Positions 1 to 9,896 of a DNA stretch of 64,000 bases are shown piece after piece (the first letter of the stretch is position 1; each line of letters opens with the position of its first letter). The notes beneath the pieces were generated by a model. It was given only the letters and a program-made list of their open reading frames with translations, was not told the DNA's origin and ran no database searches. Origin of the DNA: a virus; the IMG/VR virus record IMGVR_UViG_3300045912_000789, positions 96,001-160,000 of that record. One strand, given 5' to 3'. Position numbers and translations under genes: made by a program.

Positions 1-1089
1 TTCTCGCACTTCCGGTGCGAGGAGTGCACGATCACGGACGTCAACCGCAAGACGTTCACGGTCACGGCCGAGTCGCGCCACACCGCCAAGACGATCGAGG
101 ATATCCAGGTCCTCGTGCCGTACCACCACTACGCCAACGGCGAGGGCATTCACCACCTTCCCGAGGTCGGCGCGATCTGCCTCGTCGGCTGGCCGAACGA
201 CAACACGCCGCCGTTCGTCATGGGCTACCTCGGGGCGGCGAGCGTGGAGCAGAGCACGGATGGCGCCCCCGAGCGCTCCACCGTGGCTGCCGAAGGCTCG
301 GACACCGACGCCAGCTTCCGCTCGCGCCGCCCGCAGCTCAACCCGGGCGACATCGCGTTCACCACCCGAGACGAGAACTTCATCATCCTGCGGCGCGGCG
401 GTGTCCTACAGATCGGTGCCACGCCGATCTCCCAGCGCGTCTACATCCCCGTCTTGAACTTCATCAAGGACTTCGCCGAGAACTACGAGATGCACACGTT
501 CGGCGGCGACGTGTCGTGGACCGTGGGTCGTCAGGAGGACGATCCTTCGGGCGACGCACCCGCGACGTACACGTTCCACCTCAACGAGTTCGCCCAGGAC
601 GCGAAGGCCACGGTGCGCATCCAGCACATGCCGCTGGGCGGCAGCGACAAGGCGGCGTGGCAGGTGCACATCGCTCCGCAGGGCATCGATCGGGATGACG
701 GCAGCGTCGAGAACGAGAAGTACTCGATGGTCATCACCACGGGGGGCAACTTCGCCGAGATCATCGGGGCAGACCGCAGCGTCCACGTGAAGGGGAACGA
801 CGAGCTGACCATCGACGGCAGCCGAACCACCGACATCACCGGCGACGACGTCACCACGGCGAACGGCAAGATCGAACTCATCGCGAGCCAGAGCGCCGTC
901 CTCGCCGGCCTCATGGTGAAGCTCGCCAGCCGTAGCGCCAGCGATCCCGCCGTTCTCGGCCGCGAGCTGGTGCAGGTGCTGAGCACCGCGATGTTCATCG
1001 TGGATCCCACGACGAACCAGGCGACGCCCTCCCCGGCGTTCGTCGCAGCCCTCCAGACGATTCTGTCCAGGAAGGTGTTCCTGGAGTAA
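1..1089 (+). CDS. Baseplate central spike / Gp5-GpV-like protein (5'-truncated; frame open from base 1)
   Basis: Frame 1 is open from the window start. It has an OB-fold-like motif (LPEVGAICLVGW) and a C-terminal beta-helix-type repeat (DRSVHVKGNDELTIDGSRTTDITGDDVTTANGKIEL). Confidence 0.65.
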   Translation, partial: FSHFRCEECTITDVNRKTFTVTAESRHTAKTIEDIQVLVPYHHYANGEGIHHLPEVGAICLVGWPNDNTPPFVMGYLGAASVEQSTDGAPERSTVAAEGSDTDASFRSRRPQLNPGDIAFTTRDENFIILRRGGVLQIGATPISQRVYIPVLNFIKDFAENYEMHTFGGDVSWTVGRQEDDPSGDAPATYTFHLNEFAQDAKATVRIQHMPLGGSDKAAWQVHIAPQGIDRDDGSVENEKYSMVITTGGNFAEIIGADRSVHVKGNDELTIDGSRTTDITGDDVTTANGKIELIASQSAVLAGLMVKLASRSASDPAVLGRELVQVLSTAMFIVDPTTNQATPSPAFVAALQTILSRKVFLE

Positions 1090-1100
1090 GGTGTGGTACC

Positions 1101-3185
1101 ATGACCGCCATGGATCTCTTCGTCAGCAAGCCCCAGCTCACGTTCCCTCCGGCCTCGGCCACGAAGGCTGCGTCGGCTCAGCTCGACGAGGACACCGAGT
1201 CGTGGCCGCGGCAGATCCTCACGGAGCTGTTCCGCACGACCCCCGAGACGAGCGACTACACGCCCCGCGTCGAGATGATGAAGGTCGACGAGGAGCAGGG
1301 CTACGGGCTCGGCGTGATCGTGATCGAGAACGCCACCGACAGTTCGCTGTCGATCGCCCGCACCGGTCCGACGAGCAAGCGTGTCCTCGTGCCGGTCGTC
1401 ATCAAGAACCACACGCTCTGCCCCCTCGATCTGATCATGCTCCGCTCGGGGCGCATGCTCCCGCTGAACGGCCACACGCTGCGCGAGGCGCTGTTCCGGC
1501 CGGAGACCTTCGAGATGATCACCGAGGACTGGGACGACACCTCGCTCTGGAACCAGTTCTACCCGCCGGGCCGCTCCGACAACGACTTCGGCGCCGGCAT
1601 CTCGCAGGGCATCGGCGGCGGCACCCAGGGCGCCGTCACGTTCATCCAGGGCCCCGGCATGAAGCTCAGCGCGGACTATGTCCTGCTGAAGGCGCTGGCG
1701 AGCACGATGTTCGCGCCGGACATCGAGGAGGTCGCCAAGGCGGCCAGCGTGCCCGGCGTCGCCGACGTGATGGTCGACACCAACTCGGCGCTGTTCGGGG
1801 CCGCTCGCGTCCTGGCGGAGGCCGAGAAGACCGCCCTGCGCGACGCCAGCGGGCTCCTGAAGTCCGCGAGCGTCTCGGCCCGGCCGGACGTCATCCAGAT
1901 GGGCTACGACGACGCCCAGGGCCGCTACTGGGTCAAGATGGCCAGCCGGTCGGCGTTCAGCGCGCCCCGCCCGGTGTTCATGGGCCGCGCCGAGGCGCTC
2001 AAGTTCGCCGGCGCCGAGGTCGTGTCGAAGGTCGACACTGAGGGGGTCGTGACCGTCAGTCCCACGCCGGTCAAGGCCACCGAGATCCAGCTCGACGCCT
2101 CGAAGTGGGCGATCGTCGACAAGCCCGGCATCTACAAGGTGAAGACGGTCCACGGCAAGGAGCAGGTCGGCTGGGTCATCCCGAACCTCGTCGATCTCGA
2201 CGGCACCTTCGTGCCGATGTCCGTGTTCACCAACGGCGCGGCGGCGATGGTCCAGGACCAGATCGTCGGCGCACACGTCGCGGCCGGCGTGGACCTGCCG
2301 AGCGGTCCGGCGAAGGGCACCGGGATCTTCTACTGCTCGGGCCAGGGCGGGGTGCAGGGCACCGTGCCGGTGCTCGTGCAGGGTTCCGAGGAGGGGATGA
2401 GCGGCGGCTCGTCGTTCCTCGTCCGCAGCCTCACCGGCGAGGAGACTCGGATCCGCCTGGTGCCCGGCCTGGCGAAGATGGTCGTCCTCAAGGGCGAGTT
2501 CCACATGCCGGCGGGGGCGAAGTTCCTCCCGCTCAACGAGGAGACCATGGTGCCGCTCGTCTCGGACGTCAGCGGCATCTCGAAGACCGCCGCGGACATG
2601 ACGCGGCCCACGATCACGCTGTTCGGAGGCGACGCCGACGAGGTGTCGGTGCGCTTCCAGGGGATGCCCAAGCTCGCAAGCGTCACGAACTCCCGTCTCA
2701 CCCACGACTCGGCGGCCTTCCTGCTCTGCCTCGCCGGAGCGCCCGCCAAGATCGCCCACACCAAGATCGCAGCCGCCGCCATGGGCCACACCGTCGAGGT
2801 GCTCGGCCTGCACGACGTGCGTCTCGCGACCGATCTCATCGAACAGACCCGCAAGACCGCCTCCGACCGCAGCCGCGAGGTGATGGCCCTGCGCCGTTAC
2901 CTCGTGAAGGAGGCCGCAGCGCTCCCGGATGCGATGACCGTCGACGCCGTCCTGTCGCTCGGCTTCATCAACTCCGAGAACGTGCGCACGTTCATCAGCA
3001 GCATCCCCTACCTGGAGAAGTGCCTCTCGAAGGTCTGCGAGCTGGTGCTCGGCAGCCGCCTCGGGCTCACGGAGATCCCGGAGTTCGCGGCGGCACGAGC
3101 GGCGCGCGCCCTCGACGAGGTGATCCAGGGTCTCAAGGCGCTCGCGCTGCGCGACGTCCAGGAGGGTGCATCGGCAGGTCGCTGA
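1101..3185 (+). CDS. Large putative virion/head protein of unknown function, rich in K-x-A motifs (alternative start 1110)
   Basis: 694-aa ORF with strong GC3 bias in the structural operon. Repeated TKAAS, EKTA, LKSAS, SKTAA, PKLAS, RKTAS, VKEAA. Confidence 0.6.
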   Translation: MTAMDLFVSKPQLTFPPASATKAASAQLDEDTESWPRQILTELFRTTPETSDYTPRVEMMKVDEEQGYGLGVIVIENATDSSLSIARTGPTSKRVLVPVVIKNHTLCPLDLIMLRSGRMLPLNGHTLREALFRPETFEMITEDWDDTSLWNQFYPPGRSDNDFGAGISQGIGGGTQGAVTFIQGPGMKLSADYVLLKALASTMFAPDIEEVAKAASVPGVADVMVDTNSALFGAARVLAEAEKTALRDASGLLKSASVSARPDVIQMGYDDAQGRYWVKMASRSAFSAPRPVFMGRAEALKFAGAEVVSKVDTEGVVTVSPTPVKATEIQLDASKWAIVDKPGIYKVKTVHGKEQVGWVIPNLVDLDGTFVPMSVFTNGAAAMVQDQIVGAHVAAGVDLPSGPAKGTGIFYCSGQGGVQGTVPVLVQGSEEGMSGGSSFLVRSLTGEETRIRLVPGLAKMVVLKGEFHMPAGAKFLPLNEETMVPLVSDVSGISKTAADMTRPTITLFGGDADEVSVRFQGMPKLASVTNSRLTHDSAAFLLCLAGAPAKIAHTKIAAAAMGHTVEVLGLHDVRLATDLIEQTRKTASDRSREVMALRRYLVKEAAALPDAMTVDAVLSLGFINSENVRTFISSIPYLEKCLSKVCELVLGSRLGLTEIPEFAAARAARALDEVIQGLKALALRDVQEGASAGR

Positions 3186-4123
3186 TGCTCCGACACCCCG
3201 CTCGCCACTACATCTACTACCTGTTCTCGAAGAGGGGGATGACCACGTCGGACGTGGTCACCCACCTCGACGATCTCCGCATGCCTCTGCCCCAGCTCGA
3301 CACCGAGCTGGTGAAGTTCATCCGGCGGATGGTGCGTGCTCGCCAGGAGATGGAGATCCCTCCGGGGTTCGACCCGCTGGCCGAGCAGATGAACCCCGAC
3401 ACGATCCGCTTCCTCAACCACTGGCAGATCGGGGACATGTGGCGGAAGGACCCCTTCGTGGGTCTCGCCATCGACATCCTCAGCGAGCCCGTGGTCCGCC
3501 GCATGATCGAGGCCCTGCTCCTCGGCCCCATCAGCCCCACCGCCATCGCGGCCCGGGTGAAGAACCGGTTCGGCTTCGACGAGTCGGTGATGAACGTGCG
3601 TGTGATCAACGCGTACGCGCACTACTTCTGGAACATCAGCGCGCTCAGCTCGGCGGAGTGGCGGACCCTGATCACGCGCTGGCTCCCCGACGAGAACAAC
3701 AACGACTACCTCGGGGCGCTGGGATCTCCGCGAAGCCCCGCCGGCGCTGCGCTCACCCTGGCGCTCGTGGACCGCAGCGCGGAGAGCCTGAGCCCGGTCG
3801 TCCAGTACTCGGCGTTCCGAGACCACGGCTTCTCGCTCTTCATGGAGCACGCGCTACTCCAGACGCGTCCCTCGCTTCAGCGCACGCAGGGCGCGTTCAT
3901 GGCGTTCAACATGGTGAAGATGGCCGACGAGGAGCTGACCAAGCATCGCGGCGGCTCGGCGGATCTGCTCGAAGAGTTCCGCAAGATCCAGACGCTGTAC
4001 GATCCTAGTCGGATGACGTCGGTGAAGGAGCTGCCTGCTCTGGCACCTGCCGTCATCGACGTGAAGCCCGAAGACTTCGAGGAAGTCCCCGAGGTCCAGC
4101 CCGAAGACAAGGAGATCGCATGA
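3185..4123 (+). CDS. Hypothetical protein (candidate terminase small subunit by position)
   Basis: ATG overlaps the previous stop (TGATG). 312-aa helical-looking ORF upstream of the terminase. Confidence 0.5.
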   Translation: MLRHPARHYIYYLFSKRGMTTSDVVTHLDDLRMPLPQLDTELVKFIRRMVRARQEMEIPPGFDPLAEQMNPDTIRFLNHWQIGDMWRKDPFVGLAIDILSEPVVRRMIEALLLGPISPTAIAARVKNRFGFDESVMNVRVINAYAHYFWNISALSSAEWRTLITRWLPDENNNDYLGALGSPRSPAGAALTLALVDRSAESLSPVVQYSAFRDHGFSLFMEHALLQTRPSLQRTQGAFMAFNMVKMADEELTKHRGGSADLLEEFRKIQTLYDPSRMTSVKELPALAPAVIDVKPEDFEEVPEVQPEDKEIA

Positions 4124-4515
4124 GCATCGCACCGGCAACCGAGGAAGAGAAGGAAGTGCTCGACGGGGGCTCGCCCCTCCGCGGACTGAAGGACGCCATC
4201 CCCGATCGCATGGCGAAGCAGACGGCGGACTACGACGTCGTCTACGGGATCCGCGCCGACGACCAGGCGATGATCTTCCACTTCTTCCCGCCGGGGAGCG
4301 ACCCGCCGAACAAGCTGGGCTCCTGGCGGGACGCCTACCGGATCCACGACCGCCTCGAAGCGGCCATCCCGAAGGCGTTCGACATCCGCTTCGTGAAGGC
4401 CACCTACACGAGCGAGCTGCGCAGCTTCTGCATCATCGTGCGGGGCCTCGGCCGTTCGATGGACCCCTGGCACTTCGTCCATCGCTTCTTCGAGGCGATC
4501 GACGCCCCTCTCTGA
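4120..4515 (+). CDS. Hypothetical protein
   Basis: RBS AAGGAG and ATGA overlap with the previous gene. Confidence 0.6.
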   Translation: MSIAPATEEEKEVLDGGSPLRGLKDAIPDRMAKQTADYDVVYGIRADDQAMIFHFFPPGSDPPNKLGSWRDAYRIHDRLEAAIPKAFDIRFVKATYTSELRSFCIIVRGLGRSMDPWHFVHRFFEAIDAPL

Positions 4516-4714
4516 TCGTCATCCGGTAGGCCTTCGGGAAGCCAACGGAGAACGACGTGCCATGCGCGCGGTTGTACTCCTTGATGAACTTCTCGGAGGC
4601 CTGGCGGAACTGATCGCTGGGAGGCAAACTGAACCGGAACCACATCACCCCGTCCTGATCTCGCCGGGAGTCGGCGACCGCACTTCCCAGCCAGGTCAAG
4701 AACAGACCGGACAT
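4433..4714 (-). CDS. Possible small antisense hypothetical protein
   Basis: Fills the 4515-4713 gap with a protein-like core (DQDGVMWFRFSLPPSDQFRQASEKFIKEYN). Confidence 0.3.
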   Translation of the reverse strand: MSGLFLTWLGSAVADSRRDQDGVMWFRFSLPPSDQFRQASEKFIKEYNRAHGTSFSVGFPKAYRMTIREGRRSPRRSDGRSARGPSNGRGPAR

Positions 4715-6548
4715 GGCATCGAGACCCATCTTCGCCGACATCGACTACAGCTCCTTCGAGGGTGGGGACCGCTCGAAGCAAAGATACGTCGATGATCCGT
4801 TCGCCACCAGCGCTGCCCGGGCGGCTCGGTCGCCGGCGCAGATCGCGCTGCGCACCTCCCAGTGGACCTCCCACATGGTGCGGGTGAAGGACGGCGACCG
4901 GGGGCGGGTCTCGCCCATGGTGTTCGATGAGCGGCGCTACCTGCTGCGGCCGTACGACACCGAGGCGCGCGAGATCCTCTTCATGACCAGCCGCCAGACC
5001 GAGAAGTCGACGACGCTAGGCAACAAGCTGATCGCGCTCTGCGGGATGAACTGGTACCAGAACGCTCTGTTCGTCACCCCCTCGGCGACGCAGACGAAGG
5101 TCTTCAGCTCGGCGCGTATCGACGACATCGTCGAGATCAGCCCGATGGTCAAGGCGCTCACCCACAAGAGCCTGACCTGGAACATCCTGGAGAAGGAGTT
5201 CCTCACCCAGTCGAAGATCTACCTGCGGTACGCGTTCCTCAACGCTGATCGTATCCGCGGTATCTCGGTCAGCAGCATCTTCTACGACGAGGTGCAGGAC
5301 CTCCTGAAGGACGTCATCCCCGTCATCCGTGAGTCCGCGTCGCGCTTCCGCAACGCGCTGCACGTCTACTCGGGTACGCCGAAGACGTTCGACAACTCGA
5401 TCGAGGGGATCTGGGGAAAGCAGTCGACCATGTCCGAATGGGTAGTTCCGTGCGAGCACCACACCCCCTGCCACTGGATCGTGCTGGGGCCGAAGAACAT
5501 CGGGAAGAAGGGGCCCATCTGCGAGCGCTGTGGGCACGCGATCAACCCCGAACATCCGCAGGCGCAGTGGGTGGCGATGAACCCCGGCGCGACCGTCGAG
5601 GGCTACCGCATCTGCCGTCTGATGGTGCCCTGGTACTTCAAGCCGGACTTCACCGACAAGGACCCGTACAAGGCGTGGAAGTCGATCATCCACACCCTGG
5701 AGACCTATCCCACCGCTCAGTTCATGAACGAGGTCATGGCGATCTCGTACGACAGCGGAACGAAGCCGCTGACGCGCGGTGAGGTGGCCCGGGCGTGCGA
5801 CGAGACCGACACGTACATGATGGACGAGGAGCAGGTCGCAGAGCTGGCGAAGTCGCACCAGCTCTACGGCGGGATCGACTGGGGCACCGGCGAGAACGCC
5901 TACACCGTCATGACGGTGGGCGGGTACGTCCGTGGGGACAGCAGCTTCCAGATCCTCTACGCCAAGCGCTTCGACGGCTTGCTCACGGACCCCGAGCCGC
6001 AGATGAAGGAGATCATCCGGCTCATCAACCGGTTCCGCCTGAAGTACGTCGGCTGCGACTACGGCATGGGCTTCGTGCAGAACAAGAAGCTCACCAGCAT
6101 CTTCTCGGCCAAGAAGATCTTCCAGTTCCAGTACGCCGCCCGAGCGCCGAAGAAGATCGTCTACAAGGCAGCCCTGAACCGGTCGCTCGTCTTCCGCACG
6201 GCGGTGATGGCGGACATCTTCTCGGCGATCAAGACGATGAAGATCCGGCTGCCGTCGTGGGAGGTCTTCAAGGCCCCCTACGCCGAGGACCTGCTCAGCA
6301 TCCACGCCGAGTACTCGGACACGCTGCGCATGATCAAGTACGACAAGCCACGCAGCATCCCCGACGACACCTTCCACTCGATCCTCTACACGATGATCGT
6401 GAGCTTCTTCGATCACCGACGACCCGACATCATCGCGCCCATCCAGGAGGTCTCGACCGAGGAGGCCGCCGCGCGTGTCCGCGAAGAGGTCGCCATCGAA
6501 GAGATCGAGATGCACGTGGCGAACGACTGGTCGCGCAGCGAATGGTAG
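4713..6548 (+). CDS. terL: Terminase large subunit
   Basis: Walker A-like TSRQTEKSTT, Walker B FYDEVQD, coupling motif SGTP, Zn-finger CEH..C..CERC, RNase H-like GIDWG and late PDDTFHS. Confidence 0.9.
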   Translation: MASRPIFADIDYSSFEGGDRSKQRYVDDPFATSAARAARSPAQIALRTSQWTSHMVRVKDGDRGRVSPMVFDERRYLLRPYDTEAREILFMTSRQTEKSTTLGNKLIALCGMNWYQNALFVTPSATQTKVFSSARIDDIVEISPMVKALTHKSLTWNILEKEFLTQSKIYLRYAFLNADRIRGISVSSIFYDEVQDLLKDVIPVIRESASRFRNALHVYSGTPKTFDNSIEGIWGKQSTMSEWVVPCEHHTPCHWIVLGPKNIGKKGPICERCGHAINPEHPQAQWVAMNPGATVEGYRICRLMVPWYFKPDFTDKDPYKAWKSIIHTLETYPTAQFMNEVMAISYDSGTKPLTRGEVARACDETDTYMMDEEQVAELAKSHQLYGGIDWGTGENAYTVMTVGGYVRGDSSFQILYAKRFDGLLTDPEPQMKEIIRLINRFRLKYVGCDYGMGFVQNKKLTSIFSAKKIFQFQYAARAPKKIVYKAALNRSLVFRTAVMADIFSAIKTMKIRLPSWEVFKAPYAEDLLSIHAEYSDTLRMIKYDKPRSIPDDTFHSILYTMIVSFFDHRRPDIIAPIQEVSTEEAAARVREEVAIEEIEMHVANDWSRSEW

Positions 6549-6560
6549 CAAAGTGAGATT

Positions 6561-6594
6561 GCCGAGGCCCCGAGCTTTCGCCCGGGGCTCCGGC
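6561..6594. terminator. GC-rich hairpin between convergent genes
   Basis: GCCGAGGCCCCG...CGGGGCTCCGGC inverted repeat just after the terL stop. Confidence 0.6.
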
Positions 6595-6611
6595 TTCCTC
6601 ACTCGCCGCGG

Positions 6612-7166
6612 TCAGCGGCTGGCGCGCTCGGGCGCGAACGGCCCGACCTCGGCGACGTACATCCCGACGCCCGTGGCCGCGCCGGCCACGACCGTCGCGC
6701 CCAGGACGCCGAGCGCGACCGCCTGCCAGGTCTCCAGGCCCTTCTTCGGCGCCTGCACGAGCCCACGCTCGTACGCGGCCTCGATGCCGATGGCCTGGAG
6801 CCCGCGCTCCGCGATGCCCTTCACGACCGGACCGGGATCCGCCGTGGTGAGCGCGCTGAGCGCCTGGTCCTTGGTCACCGGCACCTGGACCGGCTCCCAG
6901 GGGTTGGCGAGGCCGACCTTCGCCAGCCAGGAGTCGTTCTGCTTCGGCGCCTGGAGCGTCGGGGTCGGCGCGCCCTGGGCGGGCGCCGCGGCGGGCGGCG
7001 CGGCGACCGGGGCCCGGAAGCCCTTCGTCACCTGCGCGAGCGCCTCCGCCATCATCTTGCGGTTCTCGGCCACGAGGTTCTCGTGGTTGGCCTTGCCGAT
7101 CTCCTGGACGCGGCTGATGAGGGCCTGGAACTCGGGGGACATCTGGGTCTGGGTCTCGGTGGTCAT
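6612..7166 (-). CDS. Hypothetical protein with C-terminal transmembrane segment
   Basis: RBS AAGGAGAG; hydrophobic AVALGVLGATVVAGAATGVGMYV. Confidence 0.7.
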   Translation of the reverse strand: MTTETQTQMSPEFQALISRVQEIGKANHENLVAENRKMMAEALAQVTKGFRAPVAAPPAAAPAQGAPTPTLQAPKQNDSWLAKVGLANPWEPVQVPVTKDQALSALTTADPGPVVKGIAERGLQAIGIEAAYERGLVQAPKKGLETWQAVALGVLGATVVAGAATGVGMYVAEVGPFAPERASR

Positions 7167-7215
7167 CGTGGTCTCTCCTTCGATTCGGTGTTGGTGAGCG
7201 TTCTGCTCCTCTACT

Positions 7216-7223
7216 GCTCATAG
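7216..7223 (-). promoter_or_regulatory. CTATNAG phage promoter motif (CTATGAGC); second copy at 7302-7309
   Basis: Member of a motif family seen at least 14 times upstream of non-structural genes. Confidence 0.6.
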
Positions 7224-7315
7224 CCGATCTTGCGACGTTTTTGACGCTGATCGCCCATGGCAAGCCCAGGAGACACCCGATCAGCGCCTCCTTTTTCGAT
7301 CGCTTATAGCTGGAT

Positions 7316-7687
7316 TTAGCGGCGTTTTGATCGCCGCCGCCGGACCTGGCGATCGTCCTCGTCGGCCTCTTCCTCGGCCACCTCTACCCGGACCCTCGGG
7401 TATTCCGCGTCGATCTTGTCGCGGATGCCCTCGGCCAAGGACCGGTCGGCGATGAGGATGCTGGCGACGGTCTCCAGCTTCTCGGCCTTCTCCAGCCGGT
7501 GGCGGTGGCGCTGCTCGGCGCGGTCCTTCGCCTGGCGCTCTTCTCGCTCATCGCGAGACGTTTCGATCCTGTGCTCGACCCATCGGTAGAGCCCGACCGA
7601 GGCTCCGCCGGCGAGGGTGACGCACGATAGGCCGAGAGCCACCACTGCATCGTGGTGGCTCAGGATCTCCCGGATGATCTCGTTCAT
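7316..7687 (-). CDS. Small membrane protein (one N-terminal TM, charged C-terminus)
   Basis: ATG overlaps the gyrB stop; AVVALGLSCVTLAGGASVGLY followed by a coiled coil. Confidence 0.6.
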   Translation of the reverse strand: MNEIIREILSHHDAVVALGLSCVTLAGGASVGLYRWVEHRIETSRDEREERQAKDRAEQRHRHRLEKAEKLETVASILIADRSLAEGIRDKIDAEYPRVRVEVAEEEADEDDRQVRRRRSKRR

Positions 7688-9627
7688 CAGATATCCAGCT
7701 CCCCGACGAACAGGGCGTTGTTCTCGATGAACTCCCGCCGGGCGTCGACGTTGCTGCCCATGAACAGGTCGAAGTAGCGCTCCGCGGCGATGGCGTCGGT
7801 GATCTCCACCTGCTTCAGCGCGCGTCCTTCGGGGTTCATGGTCGTGGCCCAGAGGTCGGGTGCGTTCATCTCGCCCAGACCCTTGAACCGCTGGATCTGG
7901 AGAGTCTTCCGCTGCTCGGTCGACAGCCCCTCGCGGAGCGCGTCCAGCGCGGCGTCGTCGGTCAGGAACTGGATGTTCTTCCGACCCGGGATCTTCACGC
8001 CGTACAGCGGGGGCTGCGCGATGTAGAGGTGGCCCTTGTAGACCAGCTCCGGCATGCACCGGTAGAAGAACGTCAGGAGCAGCGTGCGGATGTGCGCGCC
8101 GTCGACGTCTGCGTCGGTGAGCAGGATCACCTTGTGGTAGCGGAGCTTCGAGAGGTTGAAGGTGTTCGCCTGAACGATCCCGCAGTCCAGGGCGGTGATG
8201 ATGGTGCCGATCTCCTTGTTCTCCAGGATGCGGTCCGCGCCCTCGTCCTCCACGTTCAGCACCTTGCCGCGGAGCGGGAGGATCGCCTGGAATCGCCGGT
8301 CCCGGCCGCCCTTCGCCGAACCGCCGGCGCTGTCACCCTCGACGATGAACAGCTCGCACTCCTCCGGCTTCTTCGACTGGCAGTCGGCGAGCTTGCCGGG
8401 GAGGTAGCTGGCGTCGAGCCACTCCTTGCGCTGCACCCCCTCGCGCGCCTTTCGGGCTGCCTCGCGCGCCATCGCGTTCACCACCGCGCGCTCAGCGATC
8501 TTCTTGGCGACGCCGGGGTTGTCCTTGAAGTACCACTCCACCTGGTCGACGAACATCTGCTCGACGAGCGTCTTGGCTTTCGGGGTGACGAGCTTGTCCT
8601 TGGTCTGGCTGCTGAACGCGACCTCCGAGATGCGGAGGTTGACGATCGCGACGATGCCCTCTCGGATGTCGCCGCCGGTGAGCCCGTCCTCGGGCAGGTT
8701 CTTCAGGAGGTTGTGCTCCTTCGCGTAGGCGGTGACGAGCCGGGTGAGTCCGTTCTTGAAGCCGGTGAGGTGCGTCCCACCGTCACGGTTGTACGTGTTG
8801 TTGGCGTAGCACCGGATGTCCTCTTCGTGGCTGTCGGTCCAGCAGAAGACGAGATCGCAGTTCGACCGGTCGCTGAACGACAGGATCGGGATGAGCGTCT
8901 TCTTTTTGCCAACGACCTCGGCGAGGTAGTCCTTCACGCCGCCCTTGTAGAAGTACGTCTCCGACCACTCCTTCTTGGCGCGCTTGTCGGTGAAGACGAT
9001 CGTCAGGCCGGGGTTCAGGAAGGCCAGCTCCCGCAGGCGCTCGCCGACCTGCTTGCGATCGTACTCGGTGACGCCCTTGAAGATCTGGAGATCACGCTTC
9101 CACGTCACCTTCGTGCCGTGCTTCGTCGTGCGGTCGCCCTTGTGGACGTTGTCCTCGGGGATCCCGCGCTCGTAGCGCTGCGTCCAGATGAAGCCGTCTC
9201 GATGGACCTCGGCCACGAGCCACTCGCTCACGGCGTTGACTGCCGAGACGCCGACGCCGTGGAGACCGGCGGACTTCTCGTAGCTGCCCTGGTCGAACTT
9301 CCCGCCGGCGTGCAGATCGCACATGACCATCTGGAGAGCGGAGACCTTCTCCTCGGGGTGGATGTCGGTCGGGATGCCACGGCCGTTGTCCACCACCTCG
9401 CAGATCCCGTCTTCCAGCAGCGTCACGTGGATCTGATCGCAGTGCCCACCGAGATGCTCGTCGACGCTGTTGTCGACGACCTCCTTGATGCAGTGGTGCA
9501 GGGCGTCCCCGCTGGTCGGGTCGCCGAGGTACATGCCGGGACGCTCACGAACGGCCTCCAAGCCCTTCAGCTTCCGGATGGCGCCGGCGTCGTACTTCTT
9601 CGGTTCGATCTTGTCCTTCTTCGCCAC
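7687..9627 (-). CDS. gyrB: Type IIA topoisomerase subunit B (GyrB/ParE-like)
   Basis: GHKL motifs EVVDNSVDE, DNGRGIP, GGKF, GLHGVG; TOPRIM EGDSA, PLRGK, DADVDG; RFKGLGEMN. GTG start with a GGAG RBS. Confidence 0.95.
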   Translation of the reverse strand: MAKKDKIEPKKYDAGAIRKLKGLEAVRERPGMYLGDPTSGDALHHCIKEVVDNSVDEHLGGHCDQIHVTLLEDGICEVVDNGRGIPTDIHPEEKVSALQMVMCDLHAGGKFDQGSYEKSAGLHGVGVSAVNAVSEWLVAEVHRDGFIWTQRYERGIPEDNVHKGDRTTKHGTKVTWKRDLQIFKGVTEYDRKQVGERLRELAFLNPGLTIVFTDKRAKKEWSETYFYKGGVKDYLAEVVGKKKTLIPILSFSDRSNCDLVFCWTDSHEEDIRCYANNTYNRDGGTHLTGFKNGLTRLVTAYAKEHNLLKNLPEDGLTGGDIREGIVAIVNLRISEVAFSSQTKDKLVTPKAKTLVEQMFVDQVEWYFKDNPGVAKKIAERAVVNAMAREAARKAREGVQRKEWLDASYLPGKLADCQSKKPEECELFIVEGDSAGGSAKGGRDRRFQAILPLRGKVLNVEDEGADRILENKEIGTIITALDCGIVQANTFNLSKLRYHKVILLTDADVDGAHIRTLLLTFFYRCMPELVYKGHLYIAQPPLYGVKIPGRKNIQFLTDDAALDALREGLSTEQRKTLQIQRFKGLGEMNAPDLWATTMNPEGRALKQVEITDAIAAERYFDLFMGSNVDARREFIENNALFVGELDI

Positions 9628-9629
9628 GG

Positions 9630-9881
9630 TCACTCCATTCCCACGAGGTGCCAGATCAGTCCGATGTGGTGCTGGACGATCGGGTTGCTCTTGTACTTGT
9701 CGCCCAGCTTGCGGCTGATCCCGACGTAGGAACGCCGGAAGCATTCCTGGTCGTACGTCGAGAACTGCGGCCACAGCTCTCTGATCGCGCGGTAGTAGTT
9801 GATGATCTGCTCTGGGTCATCATCCATCGCACTGGCTGCCCAGTGCAGGACCCAGAACAGGGTGCCTTCGGCGACCTTCAC
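9630..9881 (-). CDS. Hypothetical protein
   Basis: Protein-like ORF directly upstream of gyrB. Start uncertain (9881 or 9887). Confidence 0.55.
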   Translation of the reverse strand: MKVAEGTLFWVLHWAASAMDDDPEQIINYYRAIRELWPQFSTYDQECFRRSYVGISRKLGDKYKSNPIVQHHIGLIWHLVGME

Positions 9882-9896
9882 GGCCACCCGAGGTAG

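Noticed and set aside
7687-9627. gyrB, dcd, thyX, ndk and ssrA as evidence of a bacterial chromosome
   Set aside because: They are interspersed with phage hypotheticals, share the phage promoter motif, and lack bacterial synteny (no dnaA/recF/gyrA/smpB).
4713-9627. Inteins or introns in terL or gyrB
   Set aside because: Lengths and motif spacing are normal; no splice-junction or homing-endonuclease motifs seen.
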